Notes under the pieces: model-generated
The model's input: only the letters and a program-made list of their open reading frames with translations
What the model was told of the DNA's origin: nothing
Databases searched by the model: none
Translations under genes and position numbers: made by a program
Shown here: positions 25,287-39,942 of the stretch, piece after piece
Layout of the letters: the number at the start of each line of letters is the position of its first letter
Position numbering within the stretch: the first letter of the stretch is position 1
NCBI GenBank assembly: GCA_030770535.1
Contig: JASVEC010000003.1
Coordinates: 1,364,001 to 1,428,000, forward strand
Direction of reading: 5' to 3'
Source: Batkoa obscura
Lineage: Eukaryota
Length of the DNA: 64,000 nucleotides

Positions 25287-25777
25287 ATTGTGTTTTATAT
25301 TAGTTGAATGTTTGTTTTTAATTAAAGTTGTTTTAGATAACAAAATGTCAAATTTTGATTTTAATTTAATTATATTAAAAAAATGAATATTTTGGTTAGT
25401 ATTAATAAGTATTAGTCTATTCTTAATTTAAATCTATTACTACTGAATTTATAAAAGGGTTGGTCTAAAGTCTCCTTCCCTATATAATCTTAATTATTTC
25501 TGCTTTAATAGCCTACTCTGGTTATATTATTAACTCGGTTAAATAATTATCCTTACTAAAATCAAACAGATCATAATCGAACAAATAAAAAAATTGTCAC
25601 AAAGCATGCCATCCCCATAGAGTCATACCTCTCTTTGATACTCGAATAAAACTTTACGCAGCCTTTAACTGCGTATAACATTGCTTGATTTAGATCAAAA
25701 TATTAATGGTTTACATAGCTTTAATAGGAATAGATATCAAGTATGCACTTCATGTAGAAGTGATCAAACTAATAGAA

Positions 25778-26365
25778 TTAGTTTTCTTTTGTTTCAGTAG
25801 AAGGCTTAGTGAAGAATGAGTCTAACTCTTGATCAAGCTCTTCTTTGGTTTTTTTAGGACGAGATTCATTGTTACGGCGACCTTTGGTGCGGCGTTGGTT
25901 ACCACCCCTTCTATTACCGTTACCTCTCTTATCATTAAATTCACGAGTTGGCCCAACACGAGATGAAATTGGGGCCTTTGCATCTGATGGGGTGTATGGG
26001 AGGGCTAATTTCATTGAACGGCCATCGAGGGTGACACCATGGTATTTTTTAACAGCAGTGACGGCGTCAATAGAGCGAACAAATATAACCTCACCGGTAC
26101 CTTGAGACTTTCCATTGGAGTCAAAGTTGATGTTAGCAGAACGAATACGACCAATTTGACCAAATAATTCTTTGATATCTTCTACAGTTACGTTGTAATG
26201 AAGATTGGAGATCAAAATCTTGTGGACATCTTTAAGATCGTTAAGCTCCTTATTTTGTGGAGCTCTACCCCTTCTGTCATTGCCATTCTTGCGTCTAGCG
26301 CCACCATTAAAGGTTTTTGAGCTCTTAATAACATCATCTAATGAAAGATCTAATTGAGACGTCAT
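25778..26365 (-). CDS. YRA1: mRNA export adaptor Yra1/ALYREF (THOC4), RRM protein
   Basis: N-terminal LDLSLDDVIK box, RRM (ILISNLHYNV...GKSQGTGEV), C-terminal KTKEELDQELDSF box. Confidence 0.93.
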   Translation of the reverse strand: MTSQLDLSLDDVIKSSKTFNGGARRKNGNDRRGRAPQNKELNDLKDVHKILISNLHYNVTVEDIKELFGQIGRIRSANINFDSNGKSQGTGEVIFVRSIDAVTAVKKYHGVTLDGRSMKLALPYTPSDAKAPISSRVGPTREFNDKRGNGNRRGGNQRRTKGRRNNESRPKKTKEELDQELDSFFTKPSTETKEN

Positions 26366-27531
26366 GGTAAAGGCTATTGAAGAAAATTAAGAGAGAATTA
26401 AAAGTTAATAATGCTTAGTATGGGGTTTTTATCCTCTTTATACTTTTCTAACTTTAAAGAACCAATCAAAGCCGATATTTTTAACAATTTTTGTGGCTAC
26501 TTGATCTAATTGGACTAATTTAGCTTTCAGGAATAAAATTAGTCTTAGCATTGCTTAGTCAATAACAATCTATCCTTAATGTTTTATGTGGGATGTTTTT
26601 TCAACCCAGTATTTTGTTTATTACCTATCCAGCTTTAAATCTGAAAAATTATAGTAGAATTCTTATTCAAAAAAAACATTTTAGTCTATTTTTAAAGTTT
26701 ATAAAGCATTATTTTAAGAACAACACAAAGAAAACAAGAGATTCAATGTAATGTAGAATGAAGTTTGTAATAGTATACAGTGAAAGCATCAATGTCTTTA
26801 TTCTTTCAAATACATGCTTTTTTGATTATTAAGTTACTTTTATGAAAGTGTTTGGTCAATTAAAACTATTTTTTGCAAAAGAATCTTATCCAGCAGCTAG
26901 CATATTTAATGATAGAAGGGCATAGTAACAATTTTATACAATTATGCAACTTTGTGGTGTTTTCAAAATAGGCTTGAATATGAAAGGTCAAGGACTTAAA
27001 AATTTGTAATGATTCCTTTGCTAGTTGTCGATTGTCAAGTCCGTTGTTAGATTAAACTTAGATTAAAGATAATTACATGCTGAGAATAAAAAGAGAATGA
27101 TTAAGTGTTGAGATAGCTGATAGAGCTATCATTTAACGTCAACAAAGTTCAAATATCAAGAAGCCTTTTATTTAATACTTTTCGCTTCAGGATTAGGCGA
27201 ATTACACTATTGGCTTGACAGATGCAAACATTAAATTTATTGGTAGAATTCAACTATAATATCAGCAAATAAGATAATTTCACATAAAAATTGCAAAAAG
27301 CTTTAGCCTATCAAATTCAGGTATAATGACGAATCAGATCAAACTAAAAATTCAAAAAAAAAACGCGTTTTGGCAATTCAAATTGAAATTTCAATTTTAC
27401 AAAAAACTAAAATTTCCAAATTAGGCAAAAGCTCAAGTTTAGCTTTAAGTTCAAATTCAAATTTCAAATTTTAAAAAAAGTATAAAAGGTTGGAAGATTT
27501 AACTTAAATCAAAAAATTATTAACTATTTAA

Positions 27532-27945
<414 letters not shown>

Positions 27946-28502
27946 ACACTGAGCTATTTATAAGTCCTATAACATGTATCTTAATTTTATTAAATAGGTA
28001 TTGGCGTATTACCAATAAAAATATTAATCCTTAAATCGTCATTTCATATTGAATTCGATATGCTCATAAAGTGTTTTTGTAAAGTTCAAATAAAACATTT
28101 TATAAATTATCTTTAGGGTTTTGATTTTTTTTAGTATTTAAGGGGATTGTATGTAACTTTACAAAATAAACAAGACAAACAGACAACTTACCTCAATATT
28201 ACATATAATCTCGAAATTTTTCATTTGAAATATTACTTTATCATTTTCCAGGTTTATTATTGCTTTTCTTTTATACACGATAATGATCTTTAATATACTT
28301 GACTGAAAATATAGTTTTCATAGCACAAGCTTTATGATGCTTTTATCATTTACTATGAATAATGTAAGAAAACCAGAAATTTAAAAAATCCATCCTATTT
28401 ATAGTTTAGTATTAGCACAGCCCTATTAATCATCTTTGAACTCCCGCTGCTTTTAAAGAGCAGTATACCTCTGTATTCTTCCTGTTTGTCTTTTCTCTAT
28501 AT

Positions 28503-28601
28503 GGGGATGTATTTTTGTGTTTAAGAATTTTACTAACAGCTTTTCCGCTCAAATATCGCTTAAAAGATGGAAAAAGTGATGAAGTCAAAAAAAATACCCC
28601 C
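28503..28601 (+). mobile_element. ~98 bp MITE copy
   Basis: GGGGATGT...ATACCCCC; ATAT TSD. Confidence 0.9.
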
Positions 28602-29113
28602 ATATTTTACTAAAGTTCTGATTGAAGATTATTGCTCTTTAATAAATATTACCAGCGTACAACAGATATCTTAAAGCATACGTTTGATGAAAATGTCAAA
28701 CCACTTTTCTTTTTTATTTACAATGGTTGATATTAAACTAAACTAAACAAAAAAAGCTTTATCCTTTAACCCGTGCTCTCTTGTCATTTATATTTTTCTT
28801 GGTAAAATTTTATTTTATTTATCTTTAGCAAATCTGAATTAAAATCATTTTAAAAATCACTTTCGCTTTCATTCACTTTTGAACTACATCAGCAACAATC
28901 TAGTAATTGAACTCTTTATTATAACTGAATTTAAATAAGTTAAAACAAAATATAGAAACATAAAACAGAAAGTAACCTCATCATAAAAAACAATTTTGAA
29001 AAAAAAAGAAATAATATTTTTAATCAGCCAAAACAAATAATAATGAAAAAAAAGCCATGTTAACACTTCTACTTGTAGCGTGCAAATGTCTTCAAATGTA
29101 AAAAAAAAGAATT

Positions 29114-32100
29114 TTAACTCGACTTGGGCACTCCCTTATTGAATGTAACGCAACGCTCCATAAACTCAATGAGTTCTGCCTGATCTTTAATAAATGGTTG
29201 TTCTACGAGTGCATACGCTGGATCTTCATAAAGATCTGTAAGTAAGCACCATATACCCCATGGTACTGGGTTCTTCAATACTACACGGTCAATTAAGACT
29301 CTATAAAATAATAAGTAACTTGTTTACAAAATGATAATTAATAGTATAATTACCTTATAATCTGCTCCTTAGCAAAGATGTTAGTAGCGGTGGAATATAG
29401 ACCAAGAATCACCTGAGAAAAGTAACAGGTATGTAAGTTAGGATATCTTAGTTGACAGATCAAAGCATTTAAAAAGATAAAGCGACCTAAAAATAAAATC
29501 AATATCAAATAATTTTAAAATATTGAGCTTCTGCTATTACCTTGTGGATCAAAGTCAATTAATAATTTCTGATAAATATCCATAGCAGACTGGCGTGGAG
29601 TAGAAGCGTTTTTATCTGGGTTAGTTTGTAAGTCAGTGATACCAACAAAAAGAGCAAGGCAATAGATAAGGGATTGGTCATACTCTTGCATCTCTTCCGT
29701 CTTATATAATTTGGCTTTCAGATCGACTAAAAACTCAATCTGATCCCTATCCGTTATATGATTGCGAATGAAATCGGCAATTCCCTTTTTTTCTAAAGGT
29801 GTGGTATAATCGGAAAATACAGGTGGTGCAACCAAATACTCGGGTTTAGGATTACTGCTATAGTATTTAAAGGAAGGTCTAGGATACTCAAAGTTAGCAG
29901 GAGTAGCAGCCGAAATTAAAGATGAAATCTGAGCACAAGAGATCGGAAGTTCAGATACCAATCCAAAATGATGTGAAACCATAAACTGCGGGTAATCATG
30001 CATGACAGAAATAGTTAAACGAATAGCCCCAAGGTAGAAATCCCATCCAGTTTTTGAATGAGTTGGCACCATAATCGTAGATAAAAATCGGAAAAGATAA
30101 CTGAATTGCACTTGAGCATGTTCCCAGCCTCGTTTGTTGTCTAGGGCCATAAGCTTGGGGAAGAATAGCTTGTGTGAGATTAAGCTTACCCAAGCATAAG
30201 CAAAGCCAGGCAATATTTCAGGTTGTAAGGGGGATAATGATTTATTAAATGCTAATATTAAATTAGGTTGGATAGCAATAAGCTTGTCTTCTTGAGAGTT
30301 GAGATGATAAAGTATGCTTGAATAAAGTCTATAAAATGGTTTGGGATTGAAACTTTTCTCTTTTTTATGATGAGCATGGACTAGCATAAGAGCCAACACA
30401 GTCAAAGTATTAGTAAATAACCCAGTACGTGAAGCATGAGTTTCATTGTGCTGATCTTGAGCATAGATAATAATAGTGATAATCATTTTAGCCATCGAAT
30501 CAATATGGTGGTAAATCGGTTTACTCATATCGATTTCATCTTTGGAATTCTCAGCATATAGATCAAATGAAATTTGTACTGAAGTTCTGATAAACATCGC
30601 CATCATCTGTTCATCTTGAAGGATGCCATGTTGAGATAATTTAGAAACAAACTCATAATAATCCTTTTCATTAGGATTTGACAGCATATAAACCCTTGTC
30701 CACTCATTGTAATAAAAGTGGCAAGTGTTTTGTAGTTCCTGTTCTCTCTTTTTACTGTCATATTGGTTCTTAATATCATCAAGGATGGCCATGATTTGTT
30801 CTGAAGTATGATTCATTCGAGACAATTTAAGCAAGCCTTCTCTGGTATGGGCGAAGCTATCTAAGTTGCCAACGCATGGTTCATCTAAAATACATCTACT
30901 GATCAATTTGAGACTGTAATCAACGATATCCCCTCTTCCTTGTTGTATTAATTTGCCTAAATACTCATCAAGTTCATCAAATTCAAGTAAATCATTGATG
31001 ATTAAAGACTTGGTAATTACAGGATTATATTTATAAACATCTTCTGAGTAGATAAAGAAATGATTGACTCTTCTGGTGACAATGTTTGAAAGAGGACATA
31101 AACGAGTTAAAAGATGGATATACACTTGTTGGGCTCCATTTGACTTGGCAGAATAAATACGCGTAATATATTTCTTGGCGATTTCATAAAGAAGCACATC
31201 CCTTCTAGCAATATGATTTAAAATCTCATCAATTGCATTGAATATCTTGAACATCATCGTTTGATCAAGTGCGTCTTTATCTTCTTGTAAGATATCTAGT
31301 CGACGATCTAAACCATTGATAATATTTAATAGATTATCTAATGCTCTTTCATCTGAAGCTTGTAGTCTAAGTTGGTCCTCACCATTACGTATATATTCCA
31401 AAGTTTCAGGTTGCAAATGACTGATAAACTCCTCTTTACTAACTTCATCAGGTATTTCAAACTTTAAGAGATTAAACCGTTGATATAATCTTAATTGAGC
31501 AGGTGTAACGCCAGTTGGTTTCAACTTCAAAATTTCTGGTGCCATTGGTGGCAGTTGGTTACTAGCGTTATAGTTACCTACATCATAATATGACTGTCCT
31601 CTGGCTTCTCTCGTTTTCTTACGGTTACCAATGGCATCTTGTAAGTATTGATCAATAAAACGTGGAGCATCTTTAAGAGCCATTGTTTGGATGGCATACA
31701 AACCAACTCGTACATTATTCGTAACAATATCTTCAAGCTCTTTTGGAGCTTGAATTAATGGAAAGAGGTTATTCTTTACCAACTGTTCTCTTAAGGCATC
31801 CATAAAACATTTGATAAATGACCCTTTATAATTAGCATGAATATATGCGACCACGGTGGAGCCACTCATTTGATGGGCAGCTTGACGAAGTTTTTCTTCA
31901 TCAGGTTCCATAGCAAAGTCTTTGGTAATAAGCACTTTAGTAAATTGAAATACAATGGGCAAGGCGTGTTCTTTGACTTCAAGGTAGGTTTTTGTGATGG
32001 CAACTTCAAGTGCAATAAATGCAGCCATTGTAAGGTTTTTATCCTGAGCGAATGAAGAATTGGGATCGATATAAACATGTTTATTTAAGTTGTTGATATC

Positions 32101-34787
32101 GAATAGTTCGCCATTGATCTTCATACCAACCGTTCTTGAAATTTCTTGATCTGCATAAAGCTCAATATTCATGAGGAGGTTGGAGGGTTCAATGTCATTA
32201 GTCTTTAAATTAAATTTATTAAACAACATTTCAATCTCAAAGTTCAAATTATTTTTGCTGCCTGGTATTTTTGATAATTCAAGTAAAAACTTTAAAATAC
32301 CCATTAACCAAGGATTTGGTGGTAGGAATACATCTCCTTTAATTCCCTGTGCTAATACTTTACATGTAAATGGAATAGCAACAATCAATCTCTTATCCAA
32401 ATAGCCTTCGATTAAAGTGCCCTAATATTATTAGTAATATATTAAAATGACACTATAATTTAGCTTACCTTTAAATAAAGTTTATCGTGCAAAATAGGCT
32501 TATTTTTAGCTAAAGTGATGGCACCTAACCAACTACCCAATGTTTTTAACAAGGCTCTTTCATCTGCAGAATTAGCTGTGCCCTCAGATTTTAAAAGAAT
32601 GTGAATGTTCTTATAGGTATCATCCAAAATCATATTACTCAATTCCTGTTCAGCCACCATATCCAAAAATTGGAGGTAAACAGGATGATTATTAATCTCA
32701 GTACTGATTCTTCTCACAACGATATAATCACTGAAAAATGAATAAGCTGAGTTATTGATAATCGATTTGAATTCTTTAACCTTATCTGCGATATTTGTAC
32801 TTGATAAATTATTAATTAAGAATACCAATTTCTCTTGCAATTCTTTGTTCAATTCGATATCCCCTTGTTTTTGTTTGGAACTTAGTAAAGTATCAACCGA
32901 AGCAGCACTAAAAGAAGGTGCACCCTTTTCTTGTGGACTATTAAAGCTATTTTGGTTAAAAGTCAAATCGTTTAAGTGTTCATTATCTTCAGAATCATCG
33001 TAATTTTGTGGTGGATTTACTCTACTTACATCTTCGGCTTGTGAGCCGATGTTCTCTTGATAAAACGTAGGAATAGTCTCAAGGAGATGAGGCTGCTTTT
33101 TAAAGAATTCATCTAATAAGGGTATCTTGTTAATACACCCTTTGATTTGTGACATAGCAATCAACGAAAAGTTATTTAACTTTGATTTTTTGGGCTTATT
33201 GAGACCATTAGCAATACACAACACAAGCATCTTATTATAACTATAAATTATAGCTTTTTGGGCTACTAATTGTCCTAATAAAAGCGCAGTAAGCCCAAGC
33301 TCCATATCAGGGTAAGCGGTTAATTGATAATACTCTTCAATTAAAAGGGCAATTGAAGAGGCATAAAGAGCTAACTTTCTGGGTTCAGTAGAACTGCGAT
33401 AATTAATCAAGATCTCTGCCAAATCAGAAGGACGAAATTGGCTTCTATATAAGCGTTCATATAAGCTATTAACTTCCTTTTCAACATCACTAGGAAACTT
33501 AAGGAAGATATTATCTTGCTGAGTAAAATCCAATAATAATTGTTGGAAAGGGGAGTAATGATCAGTTAAAATCTTAAGACAGGCTTTAATATGGACCTCT
33601 TGTGTACGGGTGATCTTATTCTTTAAAAAGATCTGAAAGAAGACTGCAATTGTTTCGTATGTTAAACTATCCAAGTCGCCTAACTCTGCTTCAGGCACGA
33701 GTTTCTTGTGCACGCGGCGAATAAAATCCAATACTTTAACTAAGAAGACATCATCAAATGCATCAAATTTATCCTCAATCCAGTGCTGGAAATTAATGTA
33801 TCGCTTTTGATAAGCCAAAGCAATCAAGGGAAGTGTAAAATCGAAGTCATTAGAGAAGTAAAGTGCGCTGATTAAATCCAATTCTTTAAATATTTCTATG
33901 GTAGGAACAAGGTACTTATCATCTGAAATAGTACAATGATACATACCTTCAAAAAGAGCTGTGCTATCTAAGATCCAGTTCATGTACAAGGAAAAGGAAC
34001 CATCAAGGGCACCATCCAAAAACTGAGCGTATAGTTTGCTGAGGGTGTTTCTGTGCCAAATATTTTTAAATGGTAAAAAGATAATCAAGCCTAAAAAAAT
34101 CAAATCAGGATCAGTTTTTAAACCTTCTTCAAAGAGAACAAAGGCAGGTGACTTATCAGACTTATTAATGTTCATCAAACATGTTTCAATGAGATGAACA
34201 TTGATCCATGGACTAGAACTGAGTTGATTGGCCCTTTCCCTAATTCTCGGATCACTTAAGGAGGCTGGGTTGGGCAAAACACTATGTACGGACAGGGTAG
34301 CAATATTAATTAACTCTGCAGGTGCAGCTATGGCTTGAGACAAAAAGGAAAACTGGACTTCTTTACACTTCCAAATCTCCCAAAACACCGTAATAGGATG
34401 AAACTCATTGGAACGAGTAATATATTTGTACGACATAATAGCTACTGTGATGGAATCAAGTGTTTCAAATACGATACCAGGCTTATCCAAGCTAAAAAAA
34501 GCTTTACGCCAGTCTAAAGGTTTAGTTAAGCGTGCAAAAAAGGTAGATAAGCTTTCAATGAACATAGGGATCATAGTTTTGGATATAAAGAATCCAGAAT
34601 CTTGATCATTTTTACTATTGGTCCAATTTACCAGAACTGAAAGAATCGCGCCATACACTTCCTCAAGCGCCGTTTGCTCATTAAGCTGGATTTCATCCAA
34701 AAGGCTTTGTATAGCACCGACGGATTCTAAGCAAGGTGGTCCTTTTTGAATAATGGCTTTTCGGATAGCGTCAAAAGTGGTTGGCAT
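29114..34787 (-). CDS. NOT1: CCR4-NOT scaffold subunit Not1, 4 coding exons (34787-32469, 32421-29541, 29486-29354, 29300-29114)
   Basis: Motifs YPDMELGLTA, FLINNLS, LGSWLGAITLAKNKPI, FLPPNPW, KDFAMEPDE, LRYPNLHT, PVPWG; three short in-frame GT-AG introns. Confidence 0.95.
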
Positions 34788-35929
34788 GATAAAAATAGGT
34801 TTCTGTTAGTTTTTTAGGGTTAGAGTGTTAGATCTAGGAATAGATTGAAACTTTTTTGTTTTAGAAATATTAAATTAAATAGCACTTCTTTTAAAAAAGA
34901 TATCTTAGTTTATACACGATGTCAGTAATAAATCTACAAACTTTTTTTTAGTAATGACGATTAAAAAAGTGAATTTATCTAAAATTTAAGTGTTAGCTAT
35001 TAGTTAGCATTGGCGCATTATATTGTAATAATCCATTTTATAAAAATATATGAATAATTTGAAGAATAAACTTACCTGATTTTGTATTTCAAAAGAAAAA
35101 AATAATAAAATAGAACAATCCCAAAGTAATTTATACAGTTTTAAGCCTTCTAAGATTAATCTATTAGTTCGACATTTCTTAATTGAATCCTCTTACTTAC
35201 GGATAGTGGCCAACAAGGTGGGATAATAATTTTAGATACAAAAGTTGGAGTTGAAAATCTTGGTACTTCAACATAAGTTAAAAATATGCAATGAACTGTA
35301 GCCAATTAAAATAGGCGAACTCAAAGCTCATGCAAAATAGCAAAAATAAAGTCCAACTTTAAGTTTTGATTACGTGGGGAGGCGATAGTGCCGTAAAGCT
35401 AGCTTTTAACATTGTTCAAATGCAAATGGTGAATTCCATATGTTATTTTATTACAAAACTAAATTTTATACAATTCTACTTTGACTATAAATCATTAGAA
35501 TTTCTCATTATTTTCTGAAATTGTCACAAAATTTTTTAATTGCTTAGTAAAGTAAGGAGAATTTTAAAAATTAGTCTATTTCAAGTCAATCTAAAGCTTT
35601 AAACAATCAATTTTTGATGGGCTATTTTGTACTAAATAAAATTAAGTGAAATTGGTGGAATTAGATAAGGTAGTTTTAGCCCAAATTTGATTTGAAATTG
35701 TTTCAAATTGGCTAGTGTAACTTGGGGAATTCAGCCACGGAAATAATGGGTTTATTGTTAGCTATATTGTTAAGTCTATATAAATATGTCTACATTATAG
35801 TGTTATAATATAAATATTAACTATTATAGTTATTGGGCCTATGGTTGAAATAAGATAGAAAACCGCTATTTGTATACTAGCTTTTAATTTTATTACGTAA
35901 TTTATAAATCCTTATAATTCACGTTATAT

Positions 35930-36029
35930 GGGGATGTGTTTTTGTGTTTAAGAATTTTACTAACAATTTTTCCGCTCAAATATCGCTTAAAAGGTGGAAA
36001 AAGTGATGAAGCCAAAAAAAAACATCCTG
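35930..36029 (+). mobile_element. ~98 bp MITE copy
   Basis: Family match; ATAT flanks. Confidence 0.88.
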
Positions 36030-36148
36030 ATATATAGCTATCGAGATTTTGTCTTCATTGGTTATATAAAATATTAACTTGAAACCCCCTACAATTATTC
36101 ATTGAATAAATAAAATTTATTAAATCCTCAAAATAAGTATAACTCCAT

Positions 36149-36927
36149 TCACGTCTTTACCAAAGCGACTAATGAAAACTCCAAAGTATTAGACTTATCT
36201 TCTATAACCTTTTTCAAAGCTTGAGAGGCCTTGCTTAGAAGCTCATCCTTTTTACAAGGGCCATGTGAGTATGGCCCATCTTTGTTACCATCAAACTCAA
36301 CCAATACTCCGTTACGCTCAACAAAAGTAATAAAGTGTAAGTTAACTTCGGCGTCTTTACCAAGTGCTTGGGTTTGTCCTAATTCTGAAAATTCTTCATG
36401 AATAGCAGCCATTTCACTGCTGGTTTCTAATACTTCGGATCTTTCTTTTGACTTCAATGCCTTAGTTGCGTCATAAAAAGAATTTAAAGGCCCAGGAGCT
36501 AGATTTCTGGTTAAAATATGTATAATAATTGAAGATATAATTGGTTACCTAGTTTGATTGTATCCAAGCTATTTAAAATGGCATGTAAAATTGCCATGGT
36601 ACCGCAGGCGTTACCAATTGTCTGGTTAATAAAGTAGATATCATCAGTTATAGAGTCTTTACTACCTTTCAATGGCGAGGTCTAAACATTCAAAATTCAA
36701 TTCAAAAAATAAGCGACAAATTGACTTACACTATCCTCATTCAAAGGAAACAGAGCAATTAATGCAAGCATTGGCTTAGGGTAAAAATCGAACGTTTCTG
36801 GGTCCAAGGAATAAATATCGATGAATTCATACTCTTTTGGGACACCTAGGTTTTGGATATATTCCGTAAGTGACTCTGGGTTACTTTCTAAAGGTTGCCA
36901 TTTGATTTTCTTTTCACTTGCACTCAT
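36149..36927 (-). CDS. YUH1: Ubiquitin C-terminal hydrolase (UCH-L3/Yuh1, peptidase C12), 3 exons
   Basis: WQPLESNPE, QTIGNACGT (catalytic Cys, exon 36681-36549), LHFITF and EFDG motifs. Confidence 0.93.
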
Positions 36928-37243
36928 TTTTTATTAAAAGTAGTTATGTTTTTTAATAAAAAATAGATCATCATTTGCTTATGTCAACATTTTATAAAGA
37001 AATCAATGGCCAATCAAAACAAAAGTTTAGATTGTTGGGAATTCTATGGAAATTAGTAATACTACTACGGTGAGCTGAATGGCATATTATAAAAACACAG
37101 TCGATATAATGGGATGTGGACTATTTAATCAAATAAGGGTATGGCTTTAAATTCTATACAATACTTAGAGAAGCTTGACTATACTTTATTAAAATAATAA
37201 AAAATAATCAGCAGCACTAAATTTATTTTAAAATAAATAAAAT

Positions 37244-37753
<510 letters not shown>

Positions 37754-38225
37754 TTACTAAAACTTGAAAATTTTTAATCACTGAATTTTAAAAAGCGCGT
37801 TTCCCGTTTGGTGAAGTTTTATTGGCTCTTGAGATTTTGTTGCTTGATGTGAGAGGTTCTGTTGTCTTTTGGATAGATTTCCTCTTGAAAATTTGATTTG
37901 TAGTACTACTATATGTTTATGAGTTTATTGGTTATAAGCTTATCAGTGTTGCTTTTATAGGCCAGTTTGAAACGATGCTCTTGAAAGTAATTGGTCAACC
38001 TGGTGAACTTGAAAAAAATATGTGAATGCTTTTATTTAATTGTTTTGTCCATTTTTCATGGAACATAAAAGTAAAAAATCAATAAAATTAACAATATACT
38101 CATGTATTCTTAGATTTAGACTTAAACTTATTATTATTCGGATTAATTTAGTTATGATGGTCTCAAGTCCAGTAACTGATTACATTTTTATTACTTTAAA
38201 ATTCGTTCTGATAACGTATAAAGAA

Positions 38226-38963
38226 TTAAACCGCTACCGGGCCATTATAAGGGGGAAATTGCTTTTTCTCCCTTTTATAAACAATTAAATGATATATACC
38301 AAATATCAAAGTAATTGAAATTTGAATTATAGTAGTTGAAATATAAATGATATAATAATAATTTATAAGACCGTCAACATCTAATAGAATAACAGCAGCA
38401 CCAATGAATATAAGCCTATAACCATTAGCAAATAAAAAGCCACCAGCAACTGAAGGTGCAATCATTTCAAAAATACTTTTAAAAAAGAAAGATAAAATAC
38501 CACTAATAAAGGACAGTGATACTGTTACTGTAATAAATGCAATTGTATTCCCAGTTGAATTTCCAATCGCTATTCCTAACATCATACCGCAACTAAGTCC
38601 CATTAGAATCATACCTAATTTGTCAAGATAAATAGCTAAAGTGCCACTTACTATACTTATACCAAGACTACAACCAAATAAAATTAAAACGTTTTTAAGT
38701 AAATAATCAGAGAGCTCTTCATTTCCGATGTTGTTTAAAATCAATGAGGTAGCTCTAGTATTTAAGATAACCAGTCCTATTGCTAAGGAAGTCAAGAAAA
38801 ATAAGATGAAGCCAGAAAAAAAATATAAACTTTTAATAACTTTATAGTTTAATAATAAAAATATCAAGCCTATTATAGCGATAATTATACCAATGCTAAT
38901 TATTATACCATTATAAACGTCGTTTAATTGCGATACTATATCCTCTACTAATTTTTTATCCAT
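38226..38963 (-). CDS. TM7S3/TMEM198-like (DUF4203) membrane protein, intronless
   Basis: 245 aa; KVIKSLYFF, GLSCGMMLG and GGFLFANGYRLIF family motifs. Confidence 0.85.
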   Translation of the reverse strand: MDKKLVEDIVSQLNDVYNGIIISIGIIIAIIGLIFLLLNYKVIKSLYFFSGFILFFLTSLAIGLVILNTRATSLILNNIGNEELSDYLLKNVLILFGCSLGISIVSGTLAIYLDKLGMILMGLSCGMMLGIAIGNSTGNTIAFITVTVSLSFISGILSFFFKSIFEMIAPSVAGGFLFANGYRLIFIGAAVILLDVDGLINYYYIIYISTTIIQISITLIFGIYHLIVYKREKKQFPPYNGPVAV

Positions 38964-39942
38964 TCTAAATATTTTATTATAATATTACATTACGAAGTTC
39001 TATTTATATATCACTTTAATTTTTTTAAGAATTTTCTATTTTTTTATATCAGATAAATGCTTTGATTCTTACCAAACTTCAATGGTGTTGGACAAACATG
39101 ACTATTGCTTTAATTTAGTATTATGTTAAAAATAGATTGAATTTCACCGCAACTACATTGAACCTTGGCTTTACAAATTTTTGGTTTTAATGTTCTTGTT
39201 TATTTCCCAAATCTAAATTCGGTAATTGTTAAAATTTAATTTACAATTTTTCTGTTTACTGATTTCATGACTAGTAAATATGCTTATATACCCTATATAT
39301 TCTAGAAAGCCTCAAGGGATGTTTGTTAGCAATACTTAAAGGCTTACACAATATTAGAAACAAAAATTCATAGAATATATATATATATATAAAATTTAAT
39401 ATTATTAACGTTTATCTATCAAACTTTGAGATTATTATTATATTATTAACAGCAAAGCATCTTAATTCACAGTTCAAAAACAAGGATTATTGGTGCTATT
39501 ACAAATACTATCAGTATATGTCATTTGAATATAGCTAAATACATTGAAACGTTAAATATGCTAAATGAATGTCCAGTTCTATGGTATTAAAGTATAATTA
39601 CCCCACAATACGGGTATGTTCAGACCTAACATCTAAATTAAATGACATTTGGTCATCACTAATAGCAAAAAATTAACATTCATATATAAAATAAACCAAA
39701 AAGTTTAAGGCCCTTGTTAATATACAGATTTATATATTTTTAGCTTGATATACATGTAATGAAATTTTTTTTAAAGTTGGGTAGTCTTCAAGCTAAAATT
39801 ACAAATAAGAAACTTAACAATTTTTTCATATTTATTATAAATGGCCACTATTATTTAAATTGGCTTCATGTCGAACCATATTGATAACCAAACTCAAAAT
39901 AATATTATAATAATTGAAATCAACAAAGTTTTATTTACATAG

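Noticed and set aside
25845..26105. Antisense ORFs to Yra1, the CHAP gene and the membrane genes (25845, 24948, 47862, 52524, 57870)
   Set aside because: Antisense shadows with no independent support.
28000..28018. TATTGG...CCAATA hairpin after H3 as a histone stem-loop
   Set aside because: Does not fit the canonical 6-bp stem with 4-nt loop and is absent after the second H3.
29996..34605. Short ORFs overlapping Not1 (29996, 31837, 31866, 32171, 32755, 34335, 34408)
   Set aside because: Shadow or alternate-frame ORFs of a long conserved gene.
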